Below, one piece after another: positions 10,992-21,077 of a DNA stretch of 64,000 nt. The stretch is from Dehalococcoidia bacterium (GTDB lineage: Bacteria > Chloroflexota > Dehalococcoidia > UBA2979). The position numbers were made by a program, and so were the translations under genes. Each line of letters begins with the position of its first letter. Position 1 is the first letter of the stretch. The notes below the pieces were generated by a model, which saw nothing but the letters and a program-made list of their open reading frames with translations, was not told the origin of the DNA and did no database searches. The stretch covers positions 2,832,039-2,896,038 of the forward strand of contig OZ252046.1 of the NCBI GenBank assembly GCA_965247895.1. Reading direction: 5' to 3'.

Positions 10992-11085
10992 CGCGGCTCG
11001 CGGCGTGCGCGCTGGCGAACGGCACGCCGCGCCCGTAGCATCGGCGCGCACGGCGACGGCTCCCCGGTCGAGGACGCCGCGAACG

Positions 11086-11361
11086 ATGACCGACGAACCG
11101 CAGGACGAGCAGGCGGTTGAAGAGCACCAGCAGCCCGGCCGGCTGCGCTCGCCGCTGCTCGACGACGGCCAGCCCTCGTTCCACTGGTGGCTGCTGCTGC
11201 CCGGCCTCGCGCTCGTCGTGATCTGGGCGCTCTACCGAGGCGTCACGGCCGAGGAGGGCGGAGGCGGCGAGTTCATCGCGCAGCTGCTCTGGCCGGGGCC
11301 CGCGATCCTCGTGGTCACCAGCATCGCCGCCTGGCTCGGCTGGCGGCTGGACCTCGACTAG
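11086..11361 (+). CDS. Small membrane protein (2 TM)
   Basis: ATG 11086 inside ORF 11005..11361; two hydrophobic segments. Confidence 0.65.
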   Translation: MTDEPQDEQAVEEHQQPGRLRSPLLDDGQPSFHWWLLLPGLALVVIWALYRGVTAEEGGGGEFIAQLLWPGPAILVVTSIAAWLGWRLDLD

Positions 11362-11378
11362 GCGCGGGGCGCGACACG

Positions 11379-12455
11379 ATGCTGCATCTCTACCTCGGAT
11401 CGACGCAGGCCAACCGCGACTCGGACGACTTCCGGCTGCGCGAGGCCTACCGCGCCCTGCGCGCGCGGCTCGACACGGACGGGATGCTCGAGCTCAACAC
11501 CGCGGAGCTGCCCGTGCGCGGGCTCACTCCGGAGGCGCTGGTCGGCCAGACGTCGACCGTCCCCTTCCTCGCCAACGCCCGCATGATCGTGGTCGAGGGC
11601 CTGATCGTCTCGCTCGGCGCCGGGCGCGGCGTCGCCGATGCCTGGCAGCCGCTGATCGAGGCGCTGCCGCTGCTCCCGGAGAGCAACCACCTGATGCTGA
11701 TCGAGCCCGCGCCGACGCGCGATGCGCGCACGGCGCTCGGCCGCTCGCCACTGCTGCGCGCGCTGCGCGCCATCGAGGGCGCCGACGTGCAGCAGTTCGA
11801 GGCGCTGCGCCTCTACGGCCGCGGGCCAGGCGGCAACGAGGTCGCCGCCTGGCTGATCGAGCGCGCACAGCGGCGCGGCGCGGCGCTCGAGCGCGCCGCC
11901 GCCGAGCGCCTCAGCGAGCTGCTCGGCGCGGACCTCTGGGCGCTCAGCACCGAGCTCGACAAGCTCGCCCGCCACGCGGGGGACCGCCCCGTCGCCGTCG
12001 CCGACGTCGATCTGCTCACCACCGCCGCGCGCGACGAGGACGTGTTCGCCCTCGTCGACGACGCCGTCGAGGGCCGGACGGCGAGCGCGCTGCTGCGGCT
12101 GCGGCGGCTGATCGACGGGGGCGCCGAGCACCCCGGCCGCCTCCAGGGGCTGATCGCGCGCCAGTTGCGTAACCTGATCCGCGCCGGCGAGCTGATCGAG
12201 CAGGGCGCGAGCCGCGAGGAGATCGGCCGCGCCACCGGCGTGACGCACCCCTACCCGCTCGGCCGCCTCGTCACCCAGGCGGAGACGATCGGCCGTCCGG
12301 CCGCGGAGCGCGCGCTGCGCGCGGTGGAGGCTGCGGACCACGCGGTGAAGACCGGACGTTACTCCGATGTGCTTGCGCTCGAACTGCTGCTCACCAGCCT
12401 GCCGCGTTCCTCGCGGCGCGGGGCGGCGCGCCGGGGCGCGGCGCGGGCGAGGTAG
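11379..12455 (+). CDS. holA: DNA polymerase III subunit delta
   Basis: TVPFLANARMIVVE, LGADLWALSTELDKL, VFALVD, ADHAVKTG...LALELL. Confidence 0.88.
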   Translation: MLHLYLGSTQANRDSDDFRLREAYRALRARLDTDGMLELNTAELPVRGLTPEALVGQTSTVPFLANARMIVVEGLIVSLGAGRGVADAWQPLIEALPLLPESNHLMLIEPAPTRDARTALGRSPLLRALRAIEGADVQQFEALRLYGRGPGGNEVAAWLIERAQRRGAALERAAAERLSELLGADLWALSTELDKLARHAGDRPVAVADVDLLTTAARDEDVFALVDDAVEGRTASALLRLRRLIDGGAEHPGRLQGLIARQLRNLIRAGELIEQGASREEIGRATGVTHPYPLGRLVTQAETIGRPAAERALRAVEAADHAVKTGRYSDVLALELLLTSLPRSSRRGAARRGAARAR

Positions 12456-12483
12456 GGATTCAGGCGCCGAAAGGGGCGACCGT

Positions 12484-13155
12484 CTACGAGAGGCGGATCG
12501 AGGAGAGCACGCGGCCCTTCACCTCGACGTTGTCCGGCGAGGTGTAGATCGGGTCCATCGCCGAGTTCATCGGCTGCAGGCGGACGCGTTCGCCCTCGTG
12601 GAAGAACTTCTTGAGCGTCGTCTCGTTCTCGTCGCGCAGCCAGACCGCCACCATGTCGCCGTCGTCGCAGCTCTGCGTCGGCTCGAGGATCACGATGTCG
12701 CCGTCGTCGATCAGCGCGTCGATCATCGAGGTGCCCTGGACGCGCAGGGCGAAGGCGTTGGCGCGCCCGCGCGTCTGCGCCTCGGTCACGGCGACTTCCT
12801 CGTAGCCGGGGGGCAGCGTGTCCGGCGGCATCGGGATGGGGGAGCCGGCGGCAATCGCGCCGACGAGCGGCACGGTCAGCGAGCCGCGGCGGCGCCCGCT
12901 GCCGTCGAGCAGCTCGATGGCGCGCGAGACCTCGCGGTCGCGGCGGATGTAGCCGCGCTCCTCGAGGCGCTTGAGGTTGTAGTCCACGACCGAGGTGGAG
13001 GAGATCGTGCAGCCCTGCTGGATGTCGCGGATCGAGGGCGGGTAGTCCTTTTCGAGCAGGAACGCGCGCAGGAATTCGAGGATGCGCTGCTGCTTGTCGG
13101 AGAGCCCGGAGCGGCGATCGCGCGCCGGTTCCTGATCCGTCTGCATCTTTGCCAT
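12484..13155 (-). CDS. lexA: SOS repressor LexA
   Basis: YPPSIRDI, STSVVDYNLKRLEERGYIRR, AG cleavage site (IAAGSP), GTSMIDALI, TLKKF. Confidence 0.96.
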   Translation of the reverse strand: MAKMQTDQEPARDRRSGLSDKQQRILEFLRAFLLEKDYPPSIRDIQQGCTISSTSVVDYNLKRLEERGYIRRDREVSRAIELLDGSGRRRGSLTVPLVGAIAAGSPIPMPPDTLPPGYEEVAVTEAQTRGRANAFALRVQGTSMIDALIDDGDIVILEPTQSCDDGDMVAVWLRDENETTLKKFFHEGERVRLQPMNSAMDPIYTSPDNVEVKGRVLSSIRLS

Positions 13156-13255
13156 CGCGGTCACCTCGCTCCCGTCCGGCCGGACCGGCTCCAAGCGCCG
13201 ATCGGGCCGCTGGCCCTGCCCGCTGCGGCACACCCCCGTTATCGCCGCAGAGCCG

Positions 13256-13269
13256 GGTACATATGTTCG
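13256..13269 (-). promoter_or_regulatory. LexA operator (SOS box) of lexA, CGAACATATGTACC
   Basis: One mismatch from GAAC-N4-GTTC. It lies just downstream of a TTGACG(13304-13299)-18 nt-TACGTT(13280-13275) promoter on the minus strand. Confidence 0.8.
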
Positions 13270-13375
13270 CAACAAACGTATCCCCTGCCTGAGCCTTCCG
13301 TCAAGCGCGCCCCGGCACTTCCCCGGTGGTAGGGACGGGATTGCGTGGGTGTTGCCAGGGGCGTCGGGGGCTCGG

Positions 13376-13990
13376 CTACGAGGTCGGCTTCGAGGGCTCG
13401 CCGGCGTCCTCGTCGTTGCCGCTGTCCGGAGCGGCGCCGGCGCGGGCGTCCGCGTCCTTGCGCTGCACTTCGCGCTCGAAGGCATCGACGGCGGGGCGGA
13501 GCGGCGCCGGGGTCGCGCGGCGGGCGGCCGTGCGGGCGACGGCGCCGGCCGCGCCCTTCAGCTCGGTCTCGTGATCGCGCGCGAACTGCGCGGCGTCGGA
13601 GGCCACCCGCGAGACCTGCGGCTTCAGCGCCTCGGCGGCGATCTCACCGCTCTGCCGCGCCTCGCGCGCGAGGCGCTCGGCCTCCGGCTTCGCGCGCTCG
13701 GCGGCCTCGCGCACGCGCTCGAGGGCGTCCTTCGCGGCCCGCTCGGCGGCCGGCTGTCGCCGCTTCGCCTCCGCGCGCGCGCCGGCCGCGCCCTCCTGCA
13801 CCAGGCGCTGCGCCTGCCCGGCCAGCTCGCGCACGTGCGGGGCGGCGTCCGCTGCCGCCGCCTGCGCGCGGCGCTTGAGCTGTTCGGCGAGGCCGCCGGC
13901 GCCGAGCGCCGAGCCGCGTCCACGCAGTCCGCGCTTCTTCCCGCTCTTCGGAGCGTCGCCTCCCGCGTCCTCGCGGTCGGGAGGCGTCAC
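13376..13990 (-). CDS. Hypothetical Ala/Arg-rich helical protein
   Basis: Start overlaps the stop of the upstream gene; heptad-like composition. Confidence 0.65.
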   Translation of the reverse strand: MTPPDREDAGGDAPKSGKKRGLRGRGSALGAGGLAEQLKRRAQAAAADAAPHVRELAGQAQRLVQEGAAGARAEAKRRQPAAERAAKDALERVREAAERAKPEAERLAREARQSGEIAAEALKPQVSRVASDAAQFARDHETELKGAAGAVARTAARRATPAPLRPAVDAFEREVQRKDADARAGAAPDSGNDEDAGEPSKPTS

Positions 13991-14328
13991 GAGCCGCCTC
14001 CGAGGCGCGCCCGCGCCTCGCGGATCGCGAAGGCGACCATGCCCGCGGTGGGCAGGCGGCCCCAGCCCTCCGGCGTGCTGTAGTAGCGCTCGCCGTGGGT
14101 GGTTTCCGGCGGCTCGCGCTCGCCGTACTCGATGTCCAGCCCCTCGACGCGGATCGTCGGCGAGCCGAGGCAGCGCAGCGCGCGCGCCTCATCGTCCGAG
14201 GCGACCTCGATCGTCTCGACCGTGGCATCCGCGAGCCCGGCCGCGGCCGCGGCCTCCTCGATGACGGCGATGGCGTCTTCCGCGATGGCGTCCCCGCGGC
14301 CGACGTAGAGATCAATGCGCATGTTCAC
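13987..14328 (-). CDS. Small thioredoxin-fold protein (GSPTIRV family) lacking the N-terminal Cys motif
   Basis: GGAG RBS; VASDDEARALRCLGSPTIRVEGLD. Confidence 0.7.
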   Translation of the reverse strand: MNMRIDLYVGRGDAIAEDAIAVIEEAAAAAGLADATVETIEVASDDEARALRCLGSPTIRVEGLDIEYGEREPPETTHGERYYSTPEGWGRLPTAGMVAFAIREARARLGGGS

Positions 14329-14383
14329 TCCCTGCAGCGCCTAGCCTACGGGCCGCCCTCGCCGCGCGCACGCAGCGCGCTTG

Positions 14384-14512
14384 TCAGTCGGCAATCTCAT
14401 CGATCGCCTCAAGGGCCTTGCGCACGTACACCGGCAGCAACGGCCGCCGGTAGGGTACGACGAGTGGGCCGCGTCGCAGCCACCGGTCGTGGCCTCGCCG
14501 TTCGCGGCATAG
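14384..14512 (-). pseudogene. Possible HicA-like toxin C-terminal remnant
   Basis: Start-less frame reads ...RGHDRWLRRGPLVVPYRRPLLPVYVRKALEAIDEIAD*, resembling HicA C-termini. Confidence 0.4.
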
Positions 14513-14591
14513 CTACCGCTAAGTCAGCCAGAAGTGCGCGGGAGATAGGACGCCGAAGTCCGCATAAGGAACGCAGAACCGATTACTTGCG

Positions 14592-15787
14592 TCAGTGGAT
14601 CGTGGTGAGGATGAACACGTAGCCATAAACTGCCAGGTAGAGCATCAGTGCGCCGCTCCAGACGGCATGACCGGAGACGCGTGGCGAGAGCCGAAACCAC
14701 GTCGCTCCCCCACCTGCGCCGAGCAGCGCCAGTGCTGCAGCCGCTCCCGCCAGGACGATCCCGGCACCCTCGGCGCCGGGACACATGCGCCATGGGAGAT
14801 CCATGCAATAGTCGCTGCTCGATCTGATCCCGCGGACCAGCTCAACGGAGAAGGAGAAGTGCGCCACGAGTCCGAAGAGCGCAGGGGTTGCCAAGGCACC
14901 AGCCAGGGTTGCGGTGAGCCGGGGGTGCAGGAGCACGCCGACGTACCCGGCAGCAGCTGTGAGCCCGAAACCGACTAGCCGCAGCGGGACATGCGGTGGC
15001 GCAGCCCAGGTCACGATGAAGTACGCAGTAATCGCAATCAGCGTGATTGCGGCCAGCAATGGCAACCACGCGCCGATGCGGCCCGCGCGCCACGCCGCCA
15101 CACGGTGCGAGCCTAGCCGCAGGGTGGTCGCAACCAGCGCGGCCAGCGGGAACGCCACGAGTTCGACGCCGTCGCGATGAGGGGGCCTCGCGTGGAAGTA
15201 GGGATCGGGCGAGAGCGGCCACCACATGCCACCCACCGACAGCCCAAACCCCAGCATCAGCAGCAGGCCGCCCACAACCACGCCGAGGGTCCAGGTGCCA
15301 ATAAGCTCGACGCGCGCAAGACGTTCGCTAAACCGGCGAGGCTCTCCCGTCACTAGGGATCTCCATTCGAAGGATACCCCAGCCCTCGCCGCGGCGAGGA
15401 CCGCGCCAGCGCCTTCGCACCGGCTGCAGGAACGATCGATCGCAACGCGATGCGCCGCCAGGAGCCGCGCTGACCGCGACCACCACCAGCGGGAAGAGCA
15501 CCAATTTGGTGCCTCCGGGGGTCTCGAGTGCTGATCGAACAGTGAGATTGGACGGGCCACTCCGCTAAGCGTGAGCATGAACCCAGGAGGCCCAAGGTGC
15601 CAGCTACCCCCAGCCTGAGGGCAGCCGTGCCAACCTTCTCAACAACCTCGATGGCGCCGAGCGGGTACGGATCCCCCTCGACGGTTTCGAGGTCGAAAGG
15701 ACAGCGTGCCCGGTGCTGGTCCCCAGGCTGTGAGTGAGACTCCCCGGGCAGTGAGTCCGACGATCCTTCCACATCCCGTTCCGTCAT
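14592..15787 (-). pseudogene. Multi-pass membrane protein region with a degenerate, frameshifted upstream repeat copy
   Basis: Hydrophobic ORF 14592..15578; similar segments occur twice in different frames; lower GC than the flanks. Confidence 0.45.
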
Positions 15788-16207
15788 GGATCCCTCCCTG
15801 CGCTCCCTTCCAGGTTAACGACGAAGCCCGCGCCACGGTTCCGCGAACAACAGCCTCGATGGGGGTGAGCGTAGCGGTTGTGACCGGACCCCCTTCGCGA
15901 GTCCACTGCCTATGAGAGTCCAGCGTGTAGCTGAGCCTCGCAGCGCTCGGCGTAGATCTGAGACGCAAAACAGACTCGCCACAGATCAGTGACCACTCCG
16001 GAGGACCTGGGGGGAGCCATACACGTAGCCGGAAAGAAGCCAGAGACGTACTCGGCGGAGGAGCTCAGGGAGATGGCTGAGAGAGTCTACGGCCTCAGAG
16101 ACAGGGTAGAGGAGCTTGCCGCACGGCTCAGCTATGAGGTGCGATTCGAATAGGTGCGCAGCGCATGTACCGGCGGCATCAGCCGTTGGCGCAGCTCTGC
16201 GCGCGAG

Positions 16208-16753
16208 CTACATTGTTCCGCCCCCGCCCCGCGCACGCCGCCAGGCCTCGATGATCGCCGGGTCGTGCGGGAAGGGGAGGTCCGGCAGCTCGTCGGGCGC
16301 GAAGAAGCCGACCTCCAGCGCCTCCGGGCCGGGGCTGGGCGTCCCGCCGCTGATGCGGCCGGCCCAGGCGACGAAGACCACCGGATCGCCGGCTGTGCTG
16401 TAGACGCCGAGCAGGCGCTCGATCTCGACCTCGACCGAGGCTTCCTCGATCACCTCGCGCCGCGCCGCATCCTCCACGGCCTCGCCGCGGTCGACGAAGC
16501 CGGAGGGGAAGCACCAGCGGCCGTACATCGGATCATGGTTGCGGCGCACGAGCAGGATCGCGCCCTCGTGCTCGATCACGACGCCGGTGGCGAGCTTGGG
16601 ATTCTCCCAGCGCACGAAGTCGCAGTTCGGGCAGGCCGGCGGGCGGCGGTCCCCGGCCTCCGCCCCGGCGCCGGCTTGCAGGGCCGTCCCGCAGTTCGGG
16701 CAGTAGCCGGGCCCCTCGACCGATTCGTGGCCGTGGCCGTGGTCCTGTGTCAC
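16208..16753 (-). CDS. NUDIX hydrolase with N-terminal zinc ribbon
   Basis: CPNCG...CPNC, ENPK, Nudix box GFVDRGEAVEDAARREVIEEAS. Confidence 0.92.
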   Translation of the reverse strand: MTQDHGHGHESVEGPGYCPNCGTALQAGAGAEAGDRRPPACPNCDFVRWENPKLATGVVIEHEGAILLVRRNHDPMYGRWCFPSGFVDRGEAVEDAARREVIEEASVEVEIERLLGVYSTAGDPVVFVAWAGRISGGTPSPGPEALEVGFFAPDELPDLPFPHDPAIIEAWRRARGGGGTM

Positions 16754-16763
16754 CTGGCGGCCG

Positions 16764-17516
16764 TCACCGGAACATCCCCACGCGGCGGAAGCGCTCGAGG
16801 TAGCGCCCGTCCTCCTCGCGCCAGCGCTCGCGCACCATCTCGACGAAGTCCTCGCGCCCGCCGAACTGGCTGAGGTGCGCCATCAGCCCCTCGATCTTCG
16901 TCTCGATCACGCTGGAGACGTCGACGTCGACGGTCGGCTCGTTCGCGCCCCAGAGGTAGAGCTCGCGCACCTTGTGCGTGGGCAGGCCCTCGGCGATCTG
17001 CTCGGGGAAGTTGAGGCGGTCGCGCGCGGTCGGGTAGACGGCGTCGACGGCGGCGAGGCCGCTGAGACGGTGGTCGCTGTGGTTCACGAAGGAGTTGTTG
17101 ATGATCACCGGCTCCGGGTCGTGCGTGTAGACGGCGAACGGCTGGAAGGCGCGAATCTCGCGCGTGATCGCGCCCAGCAGCTCGCGCGAGTAGACGAGCT
17201 CCCCGTCCGTGAAGCCGAGGTAACCGACCGAGCCGACGCCGAGGATGCGCGCCGCCTCGCGCTGCTCGTGCTCGCGGGCGGCGACGAGGCTCTCGGGCGT
17301 GAAGGCGGGATCGTCGGACCCCTTCGAGCCGTCCGTGACGACGAGGTAGCGGACCTCCCAGCCGGCTCCGGCGAGCAGCGCGGCCGTCCCGCCGGCGCCG
17401 AAGTCGGCGTCATCGGGGTGCGCGGCGATGACCATCGCGCGGCGCAGTTCGCCCTCGTCCGGGTCCGGTTCGCCCGGCGGCTGGCCGCCGAAGAGGTCTT
17501 CCAGGCTCGCGCTCAT
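16764..17516 (-). CDS. PIG-L/LmbE family deacetylase
   Basis: AHPDDADF, VTDGSKG, REHEQREAA, HSDH motifs; start at MSASLED. Confidence 0.92.
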   Translation of the reverse strand: MSASLEDLFGGQPPGEPDPDEGELRRAMVIAAHPDDADFGAGGTAALLAGAGWEVRYLVVTDGSKGSDDPAFTPESLVAAREHEQREAARILGVGSVGYLGFTDGELVYSRELLGAITREIRAFQPFAVYTHDPEPVIINNSFVNHSDHRLSGLAAVDAVYPTARDRLNFPEQIAEGLPTHKVRELYLWGANEPTVDVDVSSVIETKIEGLMAHLSQFGGREDFVEMVRERWREEDGRYLERFRRVGMFR

Positions 17517-17601
17517 CGGGCCTCCAGTCCGGGCTCGGCGTGTGGTGTCGCGACCGTCATCGTAGCGCGCGTCCGGCCCGGCCGGCCGCACGCGTCGTGG
17601 A

Positions 17602-18888
17602 CTATGTGCGCATCCCGCGCTCGGCGGAGGCCTGGCGGTGGCGTGCGCCGTTCACCACGAGCGAGGCGACTGCGAAGAAGATGATCGAGATCGAGACCAC
17701 GCCCAGCATGATCGTGAGCGCCAGCCGGTACGAGCCGGTCGCGTCGAACATCATGCCGGCGACGATCGGGCCCAGCGCCGTCCCCGGGAAGGCGAGCATC
17801 ATCATCGCGCCGGTGATCGTCCCGAACTGCCGCGTGCCGAAGGTGCGGTTGATCAGGATCGGCTCCAGCATCGGCACGAACGCGCCGCCCAGCCCCCACA
17901 TCAGCACGAAGACCGCCAGGCCCGCCGGCGATGTCGAGATCACCACCGTCGAGAGCGCCGCGACCTGGGTGGCCGCGACCACGATCGCGAGCAGGAAGGT
18001 GCGGCGGATGCGGCCCAGCAGCAGCCCGAACGGCAGCCGCGAGAACCCGCGCACGGCGGCGCCAATCGCGACCACGAGCGCGGCCTGCTCGACCCCGCTC
18101 GTCTGGAAGAAGTCCAGTTGCAGCGTGGAGAAGGTCGCCGGCGCGATGAAGAAGGTCATGAATGCGCCGGCGAGCAGCCAGAACGCCGGCGAGCGCAGTG
18201 CCTCGCGGATGGTGAAGCCGGCGGTCTCAGGGGTGGTGGCTCGCTCCTCGAGCTCCGTCATCCCTTCCACGCGCAGCCCGAGGTTGGCGGGCCGATCATG
18301 CATCAGCAGGAGCGCCGTCAGCCCGTTGACGAGCAGGATCAGCAGCGCGCTGGTCACCATCACCGCCGACCAGTCCCAGCGCTCCTCGATCATCGAGAGC
18401 GGCAGCACCCCGATGCCGGCGGCGCCGAAGCCGATGGTGAGCACGCCGAGCGCCATCTGGCGGCGCGCGCTGAACCAGCGCGTCACCAGCCAGCTGTAGG
18501 GCACCGGGAAGAGCATCGCGCGCGCGATGCTGACGACACCCCAGCCGAGGCCGATCTGCCACAGCTCCTCCGCCCGGGAGGTCGCGAGCATCGCCGCGCA
18601 CGCGAGCACGGACCCGGTGAGGATCACCTCGCGCGCACCGCGCGTGTCCATCCAGCGCCCGGCCAGCGGCCCCGCGACCGCGGAGACCACCGATCCGAGC
18701 ATGAACGCGATCACCACCGGGGTGCGCTGCGCCTCGCCGCCGGTTCCGAAGTCCTCGGCGAGCGCCGGGATGTAGATCGTAATCGTCCAGAACATCGTAG
18801 CCGCCGCCACGGACGAGCAGAGGATCCCCAGCAGCAGGATTACCCACCCGTAGTAGACCGGACTGCGGAGGGCGAGTTCCCGTCTCAG
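17602..18888 (-). CDS. MFS transporter (probable CTG start overlapping the upstream TGA)
   Basis: About 12 TM segments. The frame continues upstream of GTG 18810 through SPVYYGWVILLLG, the typical first-helix motif. Confidence 0.85.
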   Translation of the reverse strand: MRRELALRSPVYYGWVILLLGILCSSVAAATMFWTITIYIPALAEDFGTGGEAQRTPVVIAFMLGSVVSAVAGPLAGRWMDTRGAREVILTGSVLACAAMLATSRAEELWQIGLGWGVVSIARAMLFPVPYSWLVTRWFSARRQMALGVLTIGFGAAGIGVLPLSMIEERWDWSAVMVTSALLILLVNGLTALLLMHDRPANLGLRVEGMTELEERATTPETAGFTIREALRSPAFWLLAGAFMTFFIAPATFSTLQLDFFQTSGVEQAALVVAIGAAVRGFSRLPFGLLLGRIRRTFLLAIVVAATQVAALSTVVISTSPAGLAVFVLMWGLGGAFVPMLEPILINRTFGTRQFGTITGAMMMLAFPGTALGPIVAGMMFDATGSYRLALTIMLGVVSISIIFFAVASLVVNGARHRQASAERGMRT

Positions 18889-20243
18889 GGGACGGTCTCG
18901 CGAGTAGGCGCGGCGGTCCCGGCCGGACCGTCCGCGGCCCCGTCCGGCGCGGCGTCCGCGCCGAGCTCGCGCGCCTCGACGGCGGCGATGCGCAGGTCGT
19001 CCATCTCCACGACCGCGAAGCGATAGCCGCCGAGGTCCGCGGTATCGCCGACCTCCGGGATCTCACGGAAGTGCTCCAGCAGCAGGCCCGCCACCGTCTT
19101 GTAGGGGCCGGGCTCCACCTCGATGTTGAGCAGCTCGCCGAGGGCGTCCACGCTCTCCGCGGCGTCGATGCGCACGATGCCGCCGGGGCGGCGCACGGCG
19201 GCCTCCGAGGGCGCCTCGAACTCGTCCTGCAGCTCGCCGACGATCTCCTCGAGCACGTTCTCGAGCGTGACGATGCCGTCCGTTCCGCCGTACTCGTCTA
19301 CGGCGATGGCGAACTGCGTGCGCCGCACGCGCATCAGGCGCAGCAGCTCCTGCACGCTCATCTGCGCCGGCACCATCAGCGGCTCACGGGTCAGTTCGTC
19401 GAGCGAGGCGTCGTCCTCGACAAGCAGCAGGTCGCGCGCGTGCAGCACGCCGGTGACGTTGTCGAGGTCGTCGCGGAAGACGGGGTAGCGCGAGTGGCGG
19501 TGCTCCTTGGCGAAGGCGGTCGCCTCGGCGACCGGCGTGTCGGCGGGGATCGCGATCACCTCGGGGCGCGGGGTCATCACGCTCTCCACGCTGAGGCCGG
19601 AGAAGCGGATCACGCGCTGCAGCATGAACTCCTGCTGCGCGTTCAGCTCGCCCGCGTCGCGGCTCGCGCGGACGACCAGGCGCAGCTCCTCGGCGCCGAG
19701 ATGCTCGTCGGATTCGACGCTGCGGTCGACGCCGAGCAGCTTCGAGACCGCCCAGCCGCTCTCGTTGAGCACCCAGATCGCGGGGCGGAAGACGGCGCGG
19801 AAGAGCCGCAGCGGGCCGGTGACGAGCAGTGCGACGCGCTCCGGGTACTGCAGCGCGACGCCCTTCGGCGCGAGCTCGCCCGCGACGACGTGCAGCGCGG
19901 TGATCACGACGAAGGCGATGACCACGGCCGCGGCGTGCGCGCCGATCGCGCCGAAGGCGGGGTCGAGCAGGCCGGCCAGCGCGGGCTCGCCGATCCAGCC
20001 GAGCGCGAGGCTGGCGAGGGTGATCCCGAACTGGCAGGCGGCGATGTAGCTATCGAGGTTGCGGATGCCGTCGTCGACGTTGCGCGCGCCGGGCGTCCCC
20101 TCGGCGAGGAGTTGGTGCACGCGCGTGCTCCGCACGGTGACGAGCGCGAACTCGGCCGAGACGAAGAAGCCGTTGAGCAAGACGAGGAAGAGGACGGCGA
20201 GCAGGCCGCCGCCAATTTCGAGCACAGCGCCCTCCCAGGCCAC
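18885..20243 (-). CDS. Hemolysin/CNNM family protein (CNNM + CBS pair + CorC/HlyC)
   Basis: LNGFFVSAEFALV, QFGITLASLALGWIGEP, GELAPK, HSRYPV, VDEYGGTDGIVTLENVLEEIVG. Confidence 0.93.
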   Translation of the reverse strand: MAWEGAVLEIGGGLLAVLFLVLLNGFFVSAEFALVTVRSTRVHQLLAEGTPGARNVDDGIRNLDSYIAACQFGITLASLALGWIGEPALAGLLDPAFGAIGAHAAAVVIAFVVITALHVVAGELAPKGVALQYPERVALLVTGPLRLFRAVFRPAIWVLNESGWAVSKLLGVDRSVESDEHLGAEELRLVVRASRDAGELNAQQEFMLQRVIRFSGLSVESVMTPRPEVIAIPADTPVAEATAFAKEHRHSRYPVFRDDLDNVTGVLHARDLLLVEDDASLDELTREPLMVPAQMSVQELLRLMRVRRTQFAIAVDEYGGTDGIVTLENVLEEIVGELQDEFEAPSEAAVRRPGGIVRIDAAESVDALGELLNIEVEPGPYKTVAGLLLEHFREIPEVGDTADLGGYRFAVVEMDDLRIAAVEARELGADAAPDGAADGPAGTAAPTRETVP

Positions 20244-20326
20244 CGCAAGGTGACGAGCGTACTACAGCGCGCGCCGAGCGGCGCGGGGGGATGTAGTATT
20301 CGAGGGTGGCGCCGGGTACAGTATGT

Positions 20327-20340
20327 AGAACGCACGTTCT
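20327..20340 (+). promoter_or_regulatory. Perfect LexA-type operator AGAAC-GCAC-GTTCT upstream of the DUF5131 gene
   Basis: Inverted repeat AGAAC-N4-GTTCT between a TACAGT -10-like hexamer (20317-20322) and the RBS GAAAGGT (20342-20348); matches the box upstream of lexA. Confidence 0.82.
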
Positions 20341-20351
20341 TGAAAGGTGCC

Positions 20352-21077
20352 ATGGCCGACCGCAGCGCGATCGAGTGGACCGAGGCGACCTGGAACCCGG
20401 TGACGGGCTGCACGCAGATCTCGCCGGGCTGCGCGCACTGCTACGCGAAGCGCTTCGCCGAGCGCTTCCGCGGCGTGCCGGGCCATCCCTACGAGCGCGG
20501 CTTCGATGTCGTCCTGCGACCGGAGCGGCTTGAGCAGCCCCTGAAGTGGAAGCGTCCACGCACCATCTTCGTAAACAGCATGAGTGACCTGTTCCACGAG
20601 GAAATCGCGGACTCCTTCGTGACCGAGGTGTTCGATGTCATGGAACGCGCGCACTGGCACAAGTTCCAGGTGCTCACCAAGCGCCCCGAACGCGCCGCCG
20701 TCCTCGCGCCGTCGTTGCCCTGGCCGTCGAACGTCTGGCTCGGCGTCTCCGTCGAGAACCAGCGCTGGACGACCCGCATCGACGAACTGCGGACGATCGA
20801 CGCCAGCGTGCGCTTCCTCTCCTGCGAGCCGCTGCTCGGCCCGCTGGACCTCGACCTCGAGGGCATCCACTGGGTGATCGCCGGAGGCGAGAGCGGCCCC
20901 CGCGCGCGCCCGATGCGGCCCGAGTGGGCGCGCTCCATCCGCGACCAATGCCTCGCCGCGGGCGTCCCGTTCTTCTTCAAGCAGTGGGGCGCCCACGACG
21001 CCTCGGGCGTGCGGATGAGCAAGAAACGGGCTGGGCGGCTACTCGACGGCCGCACCTGGGACAGCGTGCCAGCCTAG
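20352..21077 (+). CDS. DUF5131 / phage Gp37-Gp68 family three-Cys (radical-SAM-like) protein
   Basis: SAIEWTEATWNPVTGCTQISPGCAHCYA, FVNSMSDLFH, LTKRP, SCEPLLG, GGESG, FFKQWG. Confidence 0.93.
   Translation: MADRSAIEWTEATWNPVTGCTQISPGCAHCYAKRFAERFRGVPGHPYERGFDVVLRPERLEQPLKWKRPRTIFVNSMSDLFHEEIADSFVTEVFDVMERAHWHKFQVLTKRPERAAVLAPSLPWPSNVWLGVSVENQRWTTRIDELRTIDASVRFLSCEPLLGPLDLDLEGIHWVIAGGESGPRARPMRPEWARSIRDQCLAAGVPFFFKQWGAHDASGVRMSKKRAGRLLDGRTWDSVPA

Noticed and set aside
19071-21077. 668-aa ORF as a large DUF5131 fusion
   Set aside because: The first ~427 codons are the antisense of the CNNM gene; an RBS and family N-terminus mark the real start at 20352.
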